A stretch of 64,000 nt of DNA from Bacillota bacterium (GTDB lineage: Bacteria; Bacillota; Ch66; Ch109), in NCBI GenBank assembly GCA_050952625.1, contig JBMNLH010000001.1, positions 352,001 through 416,000 of the forward strand. The letters run 5' to 3'. Positions 9,406 through 19,429 of this stretch are shown here, piece after piece. The position numbers and the translations under genes are program-made. Every line of letters begins with the position of its first letter. The first letter of the stretch is position 1. Below the pieces are notes generated by a model. That model did no database searches. It had not been told where the DNA came from and was given only the letters and a program-made list of their open reading frames with translations.

Positions 9406-10395
9406 TTGACATTTCTGGCGATTAACGGAACTGAAGCACGGATTACCATAAACGATAGTCTTGAGGCCGTAGAACTGTTTGGCAAACAAGATGAAAATTT
9501 GCGTCATCTGCAAAAAAATTGCGCAGCCCGGGTAACGGTCCGGAATGGCGAGATTCTGATTAGTGGCAGTCCGGAGGCAGTTGAGGAGACGACCAGTGTC
9601 TTACAGCACCTGCTCGCTTTAATTCGGGCGGGTAATGAAATTAGCCTTACCGATGTCAATTATGCCTTGGGTCTGGTTCGAGCCGGTCAGTCAGAAAATG
9701 CGGCTGGTACTCTAGGTGAGCTTATTCTGACTACTTCGCGCGGGAAAGCCATCAAAGCCAAGACTTTGGGACAGCAGCGATATGTTCAAGCTATCCGACA
9801 AAATGATATTGTGTTTGCGATTGGACCGGCTGGTACTGGTAAGACTTATTTGGCAGTAGTGATGGCAGTTGAAGCCCTGCGGAAGAAAATGGTCGGCCGG
9901 ATTGTTCTGGTCCGGCCGGCCGTGGAAGCCGGTGAAAAGCTGGGTTTCTTGCCAGGCGACCTGCAGGAAAAGGTTGATCCCTACTTGCGGCCTCTATATG
10001 ACGGCCTGTATGATGTCCTGGGATTGGAAATTGCTCAGCGGCATATGCAAAAAGGAGTAATTGAAGTCGCTCCTCTGGCTTATATGCGGGGACGGACCCT
10101 TAACGATGCCTTTATTATCCTGGATGAAGCGCAGAACACGACCCCGGAGCAGATGAAGATGTTTTTAACCCGGTTGGGGTTTGGTTCCAAAGCAGTCATA
10201 ACTGGCGATGTAACCCAAGTTGATTTACCGAAAGGCAACTTTTCTGGGCTGGTTGAGATTCAAAACATCCTTCAGGGTCTGGAGGGTATTTCTTTTCAAT
10301 ATTTAACTGCTCGGGATACGGTTCGACACCAATTGGTTCAAAAAATAATTAAGGCTTACGAGGTCTGGGAGGAAATACAGGAAACGAAAGCCTGA
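9406..10395 (+). CDS. phoH: PhoH-like ATPase
   Basis: GPAGTGKT, RPAVEAGEKLGFLPGD, APLAYMRGRT, LDEAQN motifs; start may be CTG at 9415. Confidence 0.96.
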   Translation: MTFLAINGTEARITINDSLEAVELFGKQDENLRHLQKNCAARVTVRNGEILISGSPEAVEETTSVLQHLLALIRAGNEISLTDVNYALGLVRAGQSENAAGTLGELILTTSRGKAIKAKTLGQQRYVQAIRQNDIVFAIGPAGTGKTYLAVVMAVEALRKKMVGRIVLVRPAVEAGEKLGFLPGDLQEKVDPYLRPLYDGLYDVLGLEIAQRHMQKGVIEVAPLAYMRGRTLNDAFIILDEAQNTTPEQMKMFLTRLGFGSKAVITGDVTQVDLPKGNFSGLVEIQNILQGLEGISFQYLTARDTVRHQLVQKIIKAYEVWEEIQETKA

Positions 10396-10403
10396 AACTA
10401 GGG

Positions 10404-12710
10404 GTGAAGTCGATGTCGTTCCTGACGAGGTTCAAGGGGTTAATGGGAACCCTTTGGCAGACTCTGGTCAGTGCCGTACGAAGTACAGCAACCCGTCGCA
10501 TCTTGCTCGGAGTGGTCTTCTTCCTGTTTACTACTCTTCTTTTATTTGCTAACCACGACTCCGAAGAGGTAGACTTAAAAGCCGGTCAAATCAGTCCTTT
10601 CGATATAACAGCACCGCGAGGGGCTGTGTTAATTGATGAGTTTCGAACGGCTGAACTAAAGCAGCAGGCAGCCGCTTCGGTCCAGAAGGTCTATCAGGAA
10701 GACGAGGAAGCGGCCCAAGATACCCAGAAGGCAACCCAGCAGTTATATCAACGAATTAATGAGTTGCGGATCAATCTGGAGCTTGATGAATCAGTCAAAT
10801 TGACTCAATTTAAGGAAATCCTTCAGTCAGAGTTAATCATTGACCAAAAGGTCGACGATGTGGTGACCGATCAACTCCTGTTGACCATTCTTCGGGCCGA
10901 TGAATCGGCCTTTAACCTTTTAATTGGTGAGACTAACCGATTAATTGAGGTGGTGATGGCCCGGCCGCTCAAGGAGGAAGACTTGCCCGCCGCCCGAGAA
11001 CAGGCGGATATTGAGGTTCGACGGTTAAATCTGAAAGATGATTATAAGAAATGGTTGACAATTATCCTCCAGAATTCTCTGCGTCCCAGTCTGGTACTTA
11101 ATCAGGAAGCAACTGACCGCTTGATTGAAGAGGCTCAGAGCAAAGTTTTACCCGTACAAATGAATATTAAACAAGGACAAGTTATTGTCCGCAAAGGTGA
11201 CCCAGTTACGACCGAGGATCTGGAAATTTTGCGTCAGTTAGGTTTATTGCGGCTTAAATCTGCCTGGATAACCTTGGGTGGATTAGCCCTGTTAGTATTG
11301 CTGGTAATGGCTGTTTGTTTTATTTTTTTACGGCAGTATCACTATGCGGTGTTAAAAAATGAGCAGTTAATGATTCTCTTATGTCTTTTGGTATTTATCA
11401 CTTTGCTGGCCGCTAGGGCGGTCACCGCCATTGATATTAGCAACCGGCCAGAGGCAGCGTCCACCATTGGTTACTTGATTCCGATGGCTGCCGGCTCAAT
11501 GCTGATCTCTATTCTAGTCGATTGCCGCATTGGCGTACTAGGCACCATTATTATGAGTATTTTTGTGGGAATAATTGCCGGTGGTCAGGATATCTCTTTT
11601 GTAGTTGTCGCCCTAATCGGCGGGCTAGTAGGGGTCTATAGCGTTTCTAAGGTAAACCAGGGTTGGGACCTAGCCAAGGGCGGGATTCTCATTGGCGGGA
11701 TCAATGTCTTGGTAGTTATCGCGATGGGTTTAATGGCCTATGAATCCACGGTGGTATCAGTCTTGTGGGGTACTTTTTATGGTTTACTGAATGGACTGTT
11801 ATCCGGCATAGTGGCCATTGGAATTCTTCCATATTTAGAAACTATTTTTGGTATTACTAGCACTATTCGATTGTTGGAGTTGGTTAATCCTAATCATCCT
11901 CTGCTTAAACGGTTGCTGCTGGAAGCCCCGGGGACATATCATCACAGCATTGTGGTGGGAAATCTGGGGGAAGCAGCGGCGGAAGCGGTGGGGGCTCAAC
12001 CGCTGTTGGTCAGGGTCGGAGCTTATTATCACGATATTGGAAAATTAAAGCGGCCTTACTTTTTTATTGAAAATCAGCTAGGCAGCGAAAATCCGCACGA
12101 TAAAATCGCTCCCAGTTTAAGTTCGTTGATTATTACTTCCCATCCCAAGGATGGGGTAGAACTAGCCCGGCAATACCGTTTGCCTCAGGTTGTATGTGAT
12201 ATCATTAATCAGCATCACGGTAATACTCTGGTCTCTTATTTCTATCAAAGGGCCCGGGAACAGGATCAATACGACTCGGTTCAGGAGTCTACCTACCGGT
12301 ATGATGCCCCTAAACCGCAAACCAAAGAAGCAGCTCTGGTAATGCTGGCAGATTCGATTGAAGCCGCCGTTCGTTCGCTGCAGAAGCCAACCCCGGGTCG
12401 AATTGAGGGTCTGGTTCGCCGGATTGTCAAAGAGCGACTTAATGATGGACAACTGGAAGAATGTGATTTAACCTTTAAAGATGTAAATTTAATAACCGAG
12501 GCTTTCCTGCGCATTTTAAACGGGATGCATCATAACCGGATTGAGTATCCAGATGCGAAAGAGTTGGAAAGGAGACGAGGTAAAGGTGTCTCTGCTGGTA
12601 GTGAATCAGCTAAATCAGCTGCCCCTGCCCCCAAATTTGCTGCCTCTGCTGGAGGAGATGGTGGACTGGGTTCTCCAGGAGCATCAGGTGCCGGTCAAAA
12701 TGGAAGTTAG
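10404..12710 (+). CDS. pgpH: 7TM-HD cyclic-di-AMP phosphodiesterase PgpH (YqfF)
   Basis: Extracellular domain, 7 TM, EAPGTYHHS, YYHDIGK, QHHG, MLADS motifs; lies between phoH and ybeY. Confidence 0.92.
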   Translation: MKSMSFLTRFKGLMGTLWQTLVSAVRSTATRRILLGVVFFLFTTLLLFANHDSEEVDLKAGQISPFDITAPRGAVLIDEFRTAELKQQAAASVQKVYQEDEEAAQDTQKATQQLYQRINELRINLELDESVKLTQFKEILQSELIIDQKVDDVVTDQLLLTILRADESAFNLLIGETNRLIEVVMARPLKEEDLPAAREQADIEVRRLNLKDDYKKWLTIILQNSLRPSLVLNQEATDRLIEEAQSKVLPVQMNIKQGQVIVRKGDPVTTEDLEILRQLGLLRLKSAWITLGGLALLVLLVMAVCFIFLRQYHYAVLKNEQLMILLCLLVFITLLAARAVTAIDISNRPEAASTIGYLIPMAAGSMLISILVDCRIGVLGTIIMSIFVGIIAGGQDISFVVVALIGGLVGVYSVSKVNQGWDLAKGGILIGGINVLVVIAMGLMAYESTVVSVLWGTFYGLLNGLLSGIVAIGILPYLETIFGITSTIRLLELVNPNHPLLKRLLLEAPGTYHHSIVVGNLGEAAAEAVGAQPLLVRVGAYYHDIGKLKRPYFFIENQLGSENPHDKIAPSLSSLIITSHPKDGVELARQYRLPQVVCDIINQHHGNTLVSYFYQRAREQDQYDSVQESTYRYDAPKPQTKEAALVMLADSIEAAVRSLQKPTPGRIEGLVRRIVKERLNDGQLEECDLTFKDVNLITEAFLRILNGMHHNRIEYPDAKELERRRGKGVSAGSESAKSAAPAPKFAASAGGDGGLGSPGASGAGQNGS

Positions 12711-13071
12711 TTTAAGCCTGGTCAACGACCAAACCATTCAAGAACTTAATCGGACCTACCGGGGCGTAGATGCCCCGACCGATGTCCTTTCTTTTTGTCA
12801 ATTAGAGAGTCTGGATGAAGAACCTGAGTATGAAGATTTGAATGAGGAACAGGTTTTAGGGGATATTGTCATCTCTCTGGAAACTGCCAGCCGGCAGGCG
12901 GAGGAGTACGGCCACTCTTTGGCGCGGGAAATCGGGTTTCTAACCCTGCACGGGTTGCTGCATCTTTTGGGTTACGATCATCAGGACCCGGGAGAAGAAG
13001 CAGCGATGCTGGCCAAGCAAAAAGAGATTCTGGCTCGGTGGGAGCAGTTTCAGCGCGACAGTGGGAGTTGA
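12586..13071 (+). CDS. ybeY: rRNA maturation endoribonuclease YbeY
   Basis: LNRTYRGVDAPTDVLSF, LGDIVIS, HGLLHLLGYDH; GTG start after GAGGT. Confidence 0.95.
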   Translation: MSLLVVNQLNQLPLPPNLLPLLEEMVDWVLQEHQVPVKMEVSLSLVNDQTIQELNRTYRGVDAPTDVLSFCQLESLDEEPEYEDLNEEQVLGDIVISLETASRQAEEYGHSLAREIGFLTLHGLLHLLGYDHQDPGEEAAMLAKQKEILARWEQFQRDSGS

Positions 13072-13275
13072 GAGTGGAGTGATAGATCGAATTAATATTA
13101 AATTAATTTTATAGGTTATTATTTTTCCGTTTCCTATCCCCCTTTTTTGAGCGTTAATAATAGTATATATAAGCAACAATATGCATTAGCCTCAATAACT
13201 TCATTAGTTTATGATTAGCCAGAGGGATAGTAAACCTTTTCCCCTGACTTCAGAAAGGATCGGTTTGGAAAACTA

Positions 13276-14385
13276 ATGGATAAACAATTATCCGCTTTAC
13301 CACCAGATTACAAAGCTAAAATTCGGAAAAAAAGGATTATATTCATTCTCCAGTGTCTCCTCGTTTGTGTAGTTGGTCTGTTAGTTGGTGCCGGGGGGTA
13401 CTGGGTAGCCAAGGTCGAGAAACCAACCTGGAATTTGGCTAGTTGGTTTGGTAAACAACCAGACCCACCCTTAACGGAGCAACCCGAGGTGGTGCCGCCT
13501 GACCCTAACACCTGTCCGATCTGTGGCCAGATCCAGACCGCCCTGCCCGAATGGCGGCCACTGGCCATAACCCTGGATAATACGAATCAAGGCCGGCCTC
13601 AGTCTGGCTTGCTGGAAGCGGATGTGGTGTATGAAGCACCGGTCGAAGGCGGCTTGACCCGATTGTTAGCCATCTATTACCACGGACAACCAGGCAAAGT
13701 TGGCCCCATTCGCAGCACGCGGCCTTATTTTCTAGAAATAGGCCAGGAATACGAAGCGGTTCCGGTCCACTGCGGCGGCAGTCCGGCAGCCCTGCAAATG
13801 ATTTCTCGCCAGAAACTAGCCAGTATAGATGCCGCGAAGAAACTGTCCGTATTCTGGAAAAGCCAACAACGCCGCCAGCCCTATAATCTTTATTCAAGCC
13901 ATGACCGGTTAAGGGAGGAGATCGGTAAAACCGGCAATGAGAAGACGGTGAGTATTACCGGTCGTCCCTTCTTGTCGGCTGGAAGCAGTCCTGTTGAAGG
14001 TGTCGCCGCAACTTCCCTAACGATAAACTATGGCAAGAACAGCCTGGTTAAATACACTTATGATTCGGAGAAACAGCTTTATTTAAGGGAGGTTGCGGGT
14101 AAGCCTCATCAAGATATGGAAAGCAAGCAGCAGTTAGGGGCCACGAACGTCATTGTCCAGTTTGTGTCCAGCAAGGTGCTGGATCGCCAAGGCAGATTAG
14201 AACTGGGGTTAACCGGTTCGGGTCAGGCCCTGATTTATACCCAGGGGAAAAAGATTGAAGCTACCTGGTCCCGAACAGTTGAGGAGAATAGGACTTACTT
14301 TAGGGATGCTCAAGGGAACGAAATCCCGCTGACCCCGGGTCAGACCTGGATTGAGCTAGTTCCAGCGAACACCAAGGTCGAGTAG
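13276..14385 (+). CDS. DUF3048 family membrane-anchored protein
   Basis: RPQSGL.EADVVYE.VEGG.TR, GPIRSTR, HCGGS, LTPGQTWIE motifs. Confidence 0.85.
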   Translation: MDKQLSALPPDYKAKIRKKRIIFILQCLLVCVVGLLVGAGGYWVAKVEKPTWNLASWFGKQPDPPLTEQPEVVPPDPNTCPICGQIQTALPEWRPLAITLDNTNQGRPQSGLLEADVVYEAPVEGGLTRLLAIYYHGQPGKVGPIRSTRPYFLEIGQEYEAVPVHCGGSPAALQMISRQKLASIDAAKKLSVFWKSQQRRQPYNLYSSHDRLREEIGKTGNEKTVSITGRPFLSAGSSPVEGVAATSLTINYGKNSLVKYTYDSEKQLYLREVAGKPHQDMESKQQLGATNVIVQFVSSKVLDRQGRLELGLTGSGQALIYTQGKKIEATWSRTVEENRTYFRDAQGNEIPLTPGQTWIELVPANTKVE

Positions 14386-14430
14386 TCACATTAGATATAA
14401 GAGTAATGACATTAGATATAAATTAACATC

Positions 14431-14458
14431 GGTGGTTGTCCCTGTGGGCGTGGGGGTA
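14431..14458 (+). repeat. Dispersed repeat module A (GGTGGTTGT...GGCATGGG type)
   Basis: GGTGGTTGTCCCTGTGGGCGTGGGGGTA resembles 21652-21682. Confidence 0.5.
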
Positions 14459-14468
14459 AGTAGGGGGT

Positions 14469-15161
14469 TTGGCCTTGAACAAACTACTTAAATCTTCAGT
14501 TTTAATACTATTTCTGGGGATCCTACTCCTTATGCTCTTAGCTGAGGATACTTTGGATCTGAAATGGCCGGCGGGTCAGCCACCTCTGGCCGTGGAAAAA
14601 ATGGAGTTTGCTCATGATCAGGATGGAGACGGACTTAATGATCTGGACGATATTCTCGAGGGTGCCCGAAAGGATGCCGACCGAAAACCCCGTTATCAAA
14701 GTGCTTACTACGCCGGTGGATACCCCCCGGATGATGAGGGCGTCTGTACGGACGTTATCTGGCGGGCTTTGGCTAATGCCGGTTATTCCTTAAAAGATAT
14801 GGTTGATCAGGATATTCAAAACCATACCAGCGACTATCCGCGCGTTGGTGGCCGGCCCGATCCCAACATTGACTTTCGTCGTGTACCCAACCTCACCGTG
14901 TTTTTTAGTAAAAACGCTGCCTCCCTAACCATTGAGGTTATTCCTGGGGACGCGGAAAATTTACGGGAATGGCAGCGGGGAGATATTGTCGTCTTTGACC
15001 GCCCCTTGCCGCATATCGGCATTATTTCTGATCAACGGCGTCATGATGGTGTGCCCTACCTGATTCATAATGCCGGTCCCTATACCAGGGAAGAAGATGC
15101 CCTATTATCCTGGCCAACCCCGATCACTCATCATTTTCGTTTCCCGTCAATTGGGGAGTAA
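14469..15161 (+). CDS. DUF1287 (YijF-like) secreted protein
   Basis: YYAGGYPP..EGVCTDVIWRA, DPNIDFRRVPNL, GDIVVF..HIGIIS, IHN motifs. Confidence 0.85.
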   Translation: MALNKLLKSSVLILFLGILLLMLLAEDTLDLKWPAGQPPLAVEKMEFAHDQDGDGLNDLDDILEGARKDADRKPRYQSAYYAGGYPPDDEGVCTDVIWRALANAGYSLKDMVDQDIQNHTSDYPRVGGRPDPNIDFRRVPNLTVFFSKNAASLTIEVIPGDAENLREWQRGDIVVFDRPLPHIGIISDQRRHDGVPYLIHNAGPYTREEDALLSWPTPITHHFRFPSIGE

Positions 15162-15264
15162 TCATCATAAATTATATTCATCCCAGCCAAGTCTGCTGAC
15201 CGAGTTATAACACAAACATAGCCGTAGAGTTGGCGTATTGCTGCTGGAGAGGTGAGGCAAGCTA

Positions 15265-15696
15265 ATGAATAATATTTTAAATAATTTTAGCAACATAAAA
15301 AAATTAAACATCCCGGAAGCGGAGCGACTGCTGGAAGCAGCCAGGGCTGCTCTAGAAAATGCCTATTCCCCTTATTCTAGCATTCGGGTAGCGGCGGCGG
15401 TTTTGACTGGATCGGGTCAGATCTATGCCGGCTGTAATATTGAAAACAGCTCGTATTCCCTGACCATTTGCGCCGAGCGGAGTTGCCTGTTTCACGCCTT
15501 GGCCCACGGAGAAAGGGAATTTAAAGCGATGGCGATAGTCACGGATTCTGAGCAAGTAACCAGCCCCTGTGGTGCCTGCCGTCAGGTGTTGGCTGAATTC
15601 GCCCCCCGGATGCCGATAGTCTTCGCTAACCCCCAAGGAGATCGTCTGTTTAGCGTGGATCAGCTTCTGCCAGCTCAGTTTACTCTCCAGAAATAG
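15265..15696 (+). CDS. cdd: Cytidine deaminase
   Basis: AYSPYS, GCNIEN, CAERS, SPCGACRQ; upstream of era. Confidence 0.95.
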   Translation: MNNILNNFSNIKKLNIPEAERLLEAARAALENAYSPYSSIRVAAAVLTGSGQIYAGCNIENSSYSLTICAERSCLFHALAHGEREFKAMAIVTDSEQVTSPCGACRQVLAEFAPRMPIVFANPQGDRLFSVDQLLPAQFTLQK

Positions 15697-15700
15697 CCCT

Positions 15701-15723
15701 GCCATAGGGACGGTTCTTGTGGC
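15701..15723 (+). repeat. REP-like palindrome (GGGACGGTTCTT family)
   Basis: GCCATAGGGACGGTTCTTGTGGC, similar to 38981-39003. Confidence 0.6.
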
Positions 15724-15812
15724 TGGTACAGGCGTCAAAAAAGAATAACGGAGGAATTGGTCATGATCTGGAAGATAGACAGTGGTTGGGTTAATGATTT
15801 TTCAAGAATAAG

Positions 15813-15840
15813 GTAACCTTTTGTTTCAACAACGCGTTAT
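15813..15840 (+). promoter_or_regulatory. Putative ECF-sigma promoter
   Basis: GTAACC-TTTT-N12-CGTT; same layout as the motif upstream of the ECF sigma gene (62953-62978). Confidence 0.5.
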
Positions 15841-15872
15841 ATTGTCAAACAGGAATAATGGAGGAATTAGTC

Positions 15873-16670
15873 ATGAAACAACTGGTTACCGCTGTAATGG
15901 CTGGCTTTTTGGGATTGGCCTTAACTGCTTCGGCTATGGCGGCAGAACCTCTGATCTGGGAAAACCAGGTGAAAAAACCCGCAGTGGTCGTTGACGGACA
16001 AAGGATTGATCCTAATCTCATTTTTGAGGAAGATGGCCGGATGTTTGTGCCTTTGCGGTCGGTCGCGCAAGATTTGGGCTGTCAAGTTAACTGGCTGGAG
16101 GACACAAAAGAGATCGTAGTGCAAGGCAATCATGAAGTGAGAATGAAACTTGGAGAAAACATGATGCAAGTGGATGGTAAACAAGAGCAATTAGCTAAAC
16201 CCGTTCGGATAATTAATAGCCGGGCGATTGTTCCGTTGCGTTTTGTTAGTGAACACTTGGGCTTTGCCGTTGCCTATGACCGGGAAAACCATTCCGCCTA
16301 TCTCTTCCGAGAGAAAAAAGATTTCTACCTTTATGGGCACGATGATCAATTTACCCTAGTAGTAGCCAATCAGTCTAAGGACCCGATTAGTTGCACCTTT
16401 TCCAGTGGGATGACTCACGATTTTGTCTTAAAGCAAAATAATCAGGAGATCTGGCGTTGGTCAAAGGATAGGGCTTTTCTGATGATGATCTTTGAGAAAA
16501 CCTTAAATCCAGGCGAGTGCTGGGTGTATTCGAGCAAACTGGATCAGGAATTGCCGCCTGGAGATTATACCTTAGAAGGACATTTTATGGGCGAGGATGG
16601 TAAAAACTTTACCAGGGAAAATAACCCCGTGGCCAGGATTAGCTATACCGTTTCAGAAAAAGATAGTTAA
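15873..16670 (+). CDS. Secreted protein with copper amine oxidase N-terminal (stalk) domain and BsuPI proteinase-inhibitor-like domain
   Basis: Signal peptide; GRMFVPLR and VPLRFVSEHLG stalk motifs; NQS...TFSSG..DF...EIWRWS.DRAF..M motif. Confidence 0.8.
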   Translation: MKQLVTAVMAGFLGLALTASAMAAEPLIWENQVKKPAVVVDGQRIDPNLIFEEDGRMFVPLRSVAQDLGCQVNWLEDTKEIVVQGNHEVRMKLGENMMQVDGKQEQLAKPVRIINSRAIVPLRFVSEHLGFAVAYDRENHSAYLFREKKDFYLYGHDDQFTLVVANQSKDPISCTFSSGMTHDFVLKQNNQEIWRWSKDRAFLMMIFEKTLNPGECWVYSSKLDQELPPGDYTLEGHFMGEDGKNFTRENNPVARISYTVSEKDS

Positions 16671-16702
16671 CGGGAACTGTCTAAGGTGAATGCCTCCATG
16701 TA

Positions 16703-16733
16703 GGTGGATGTGTCCTTGGGGCATGGACGGTTA
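16703..16733 (+). repeat. Dispersed repeat module A
   Basis: GGTGGATGTGTCCTTGGGGCATGGACGGTTA vs GGTGGTTGTGCCTAACCGGCATGGGCGGTTA at 21652. Confidence 0.65.
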
Positions 16734-16856
16734 GTTCGGAATTAATTAGATGAGGGGTTGTCTATTGCCCCTCATTATTGCTTTTCATTATTATGCTTAA
16801 CTATGTTAGAATAAAATGGCATAATGATTCTATGTCTATGAAAGGCGGAACAAACG

Positions 16857-17759
16857 ATGGGCTTGACGACTCGGTCAGGGTTTGCCAGTATCATCGGTCG
16901 ACCCAATGTGGGCAAGTCAACTTTAATCAACTATCTGATTGGCCATAAGATCGCTATTATTTCGGATAAACCTCAGACCACGCGCAATCAAATACGAGGC
17001 ATCTTTACAACGGAACGAGGCCAAGTTGTCTTTATCGATACTCCGGGTATTCACAAACCCCGGCACAAACTGGGAGAATTTATGGTCGGGGTAGCCCAAC
17101 GGACTTTGCAAGAAGTAGACCTTATCCTGTATGTGGTGGATGCCTCGGCCGCATTTGGGGCCGGCGAGCAGTATATTCTCGATCAACTAGCCAAGGTGCA
17201 GACCCCGGTGTTTCTAGTAATTAATAAAATTGATCTGCTAAACCGAGGTGATTTACTGCCCTTGATCGAAAACTACCGGAACAAAAGAGATTTTGCTGAG
17301 ATAATCCCAATTTCGGCAATAAAGGGGGAAAATCTGGATCGACTCAGTCAGGTGATTTTTGATTATCTGCCGGAGGGGCCCTATTATTACCCAACGGAGA
17401 TGATCAGTGACCAACCGGAACGGTTTGTGATGGCTGAACTGGTCCGGGAAAAGGTATTGCTGCTGACTCGGGAAGAAATTCCTCATTCGATCGCAGTTGA
17501 GATAGAAGAAATGGAACCGCGCCACAATGAGGTTATTTACGTTCGGGCTGTGGTTTACGTAGAGCGGGATTCGCAAAAGGGTATCTTGATCGGCAAGCAG
17601 GGAAAAATGCTCAAGGAGGTTGGCCGATTAGCCCGGGAAGATATCCAAAACCTGCTGGGTAACCAGGTGTTCCTGGATATTTGGGTCAAAGTTAAAAAAG
17701 ACTGGCGGAATAACCCGTCTTCCCTTCGTAATTTTGGCTACGACCTGAAGAATTATTAA
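16857..17759 (+). CDS. era: GTPase Era
   Basis: GRPNVGKST, KPQTTR, DTPG, NKID, KH domain with GKQG. Confidence 0.98.
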   Translation: MGLTTRSGFASIIGRPNVGKSTLINYLIGHKIAIISDKPQTTRNQIRGIFTTERGQVVFIDTPGIHKPRHKLGEFMVGVAQRTLQEVDLILYVVDASAAFGAGEQYILDQLAKVQTPVFLVINKIDLLNRGDLLPLIENYRNKRDFAEIIPISAIKGENLDRLSQVIFDYLPEGPYYYPTEMISDQPERFVMAELVREKVLLLTREEIPHSIAVEIEEMEPRHNEVIYVRAVVYVERDSQKGILIGKQGKMLKEVGRLAREDIQNLLGNQVFLDIWVKVKKDWRNNPSSLRNFGYDLKNY

Positions 17760-18232
17760 CCTTATTGTCAGGTGTAATATAGACAAATTACTTTTTATAA
17801 AACACGGCAACACCGTGTTTTCTTATGAGCCCTGATATTCTTTGGCATAAGATAAAATAATGAGAAAAAATCACCTTGCCAAAGAAACAACTTAAATATA
17901 CAATAAAGTTGTTGCGCATTGTTGGAATTACGGATGGTTTCAAGAAGGTAAAAATTATTAGAATAGGAAGGAGGAGGAAAGGAGAGGAACATCCGTCTCA
18001 ATTATTAAGCACTATTACCCAGACGCACCTTAAAGCCCGAAAACTTTAACAAATCGCAAAATACTGAGTATGGGAATTTAAGGACAACCGTCATGGCTTG
18101 TAAAATGAACAGTGCTTACGTTTAAAAATAGAAGTAAGCTGACATATTAAATCAATAAGTGTTATAGATAGAGTAATTGGATCTAGGCGATTGCCCATAT
18201 TAAGCCTGAGATCAGAAATATAGGTGGTTGAT

Positions 18233-19429
18233 GTGGCCAAAATCGAAATTAAGAATGTCTACAAAGTATTCGGCCGACATCCGGAAAAAGCTTTAAAAAT
18301 GTTGGGCGAAGGCCGAAAAAAAGATGAAATACTGCAGAAAACTCATCAGGTTGTGGCTCTACAAGATGTATCTTTCAGCGTTGAAGCCGGGGAGACTTTT
18401 GTGGTCATGGGTTTGTCTGGGAGTGGCAAATCTACTCTTATTCGATGCTTAAATCGGTTAGTCGAGCCTACTCGCGGAGAGATCTTGATTGATGAAGAAG
18501 AAGTGACGGCGATGAGTCCCAACCAGTTGTTGCAACTTCGCCGAAATAAACTGGGGATGGTCTTTCAAAGCTTTGCTTTATTTCCCCACCTAACCGTACT
18601 GGAAAACGCCGCCTATGGTTTAAAAGTCCAGGGGGTAAACCGGGAAGAACGGGAGAATAAGGCCCGGCAGGCCCTGGAAACGGTCGGCCTGCAGGGGTGG
18701 GAGGCCAGTAAACCTGATCAGCTCAGTGGTGGAATGCGTCAGCGGGTTGGTTTGGCCCGGGCTTTAGCCAATGACCCGGATATCCTGTTAATGGACGAGG
18801 CTTTTAGTGCCCTTGATCCGCTTATCCGGTCCGATCTACAAGATGAATTAATTGCGCTGCAGCGAAAAATGAATAAAACAATTGTCTTTATTACGCATGA
18901 TTTGGATGAGGCCCTAAAACTAGGTGACCGTATTGCCTTGATGAAAGATGGAAGAGTAGTTCAAATTGGGACGCCAGAAGAAATCCTGATGACTCCAGCC
19001 ACCAACTACGTGGCTCGCTTTGTCGAAGGGGTGGATCGGGCCCGGATCTTGACTGCCGCTAACGTCATGAAAAAGGCAGATCCAGTTGCCTTTCTTAAGG
19101 ATGGTCCCCGTGTTGCCCTGCGAAAAATGAAAGAGTACGGCATCTCCAGTATCTTTGTCGTTGATAAAACCAAGCGATTAAAAGGTTTATTGATGGCTGA
19201 GAAAGCCGTTCAGGCGATCAGAGATGGTAGTACTTCATTTGACAATTATCTGGAATCAGCGATCCCCAAAGTGCTTCCGGAAACCCCGGTCAATGATCTT
19301 TATGCCTTAATGGCTGATGTTGGCGGTCCGGTGGCTGTTAGCTCAGAAGAAGATGAATTGCTGGGCATAATTGTCCGGGGATCAGTTTTTGCCGGCTTAG
19401 CCGGTCAAGGGGTGAATGAAGATGCCTGA
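18233..19429 (+). CDS. opuAA: Glycine betaine/proline ABC transporter ATPase with CBS pair
   Basis: MGLSGSGKST, LSGGMRQRVGLARAL, LMDEAFSALDPLIR, C-terminal CBS domains. Confidence 0.93.
   Translation: MAKIEIKNVYKVFGRHPEKALKMLGEGRKKDEILQKTHQVVALQDVSFSVEAGETFVVMGLSGSGKSTLIRCLNRLVEPTRGEILIDEEEVTAMSPNQLLQLRRNKLGMVFQSFALFPHLTVLENAAYGLKVQGVNREERENKARQALETVGLQGWEASKPDQLSGGMRQRVGLARALANDPDILLMDEAFSALDPLIRSDLQDELIALQRKMNKTIVFITHDLDEALKLGDRIALMKDGRVVQIGTPEEILMTPATNYVARFVEGVDRARILTAANVMKKADPVAFLKDGPRVALRKMKEYGISSIFVVDKTKRLKGLLMAEKAVQAIRDGSTSFDNYLESAIPKVLPETPVNDLYALMADVGGPVAVSSEEDELLGIIVRGSVFAGLAGQGVNEDA

Noticed and set aside
17760-18230. c-di-AMP (ydaO) riboswitch upstream of opuAA
   Set aside because: The conserved GCTGAA / GGGGACCC-type motifs were not found in this long leader.
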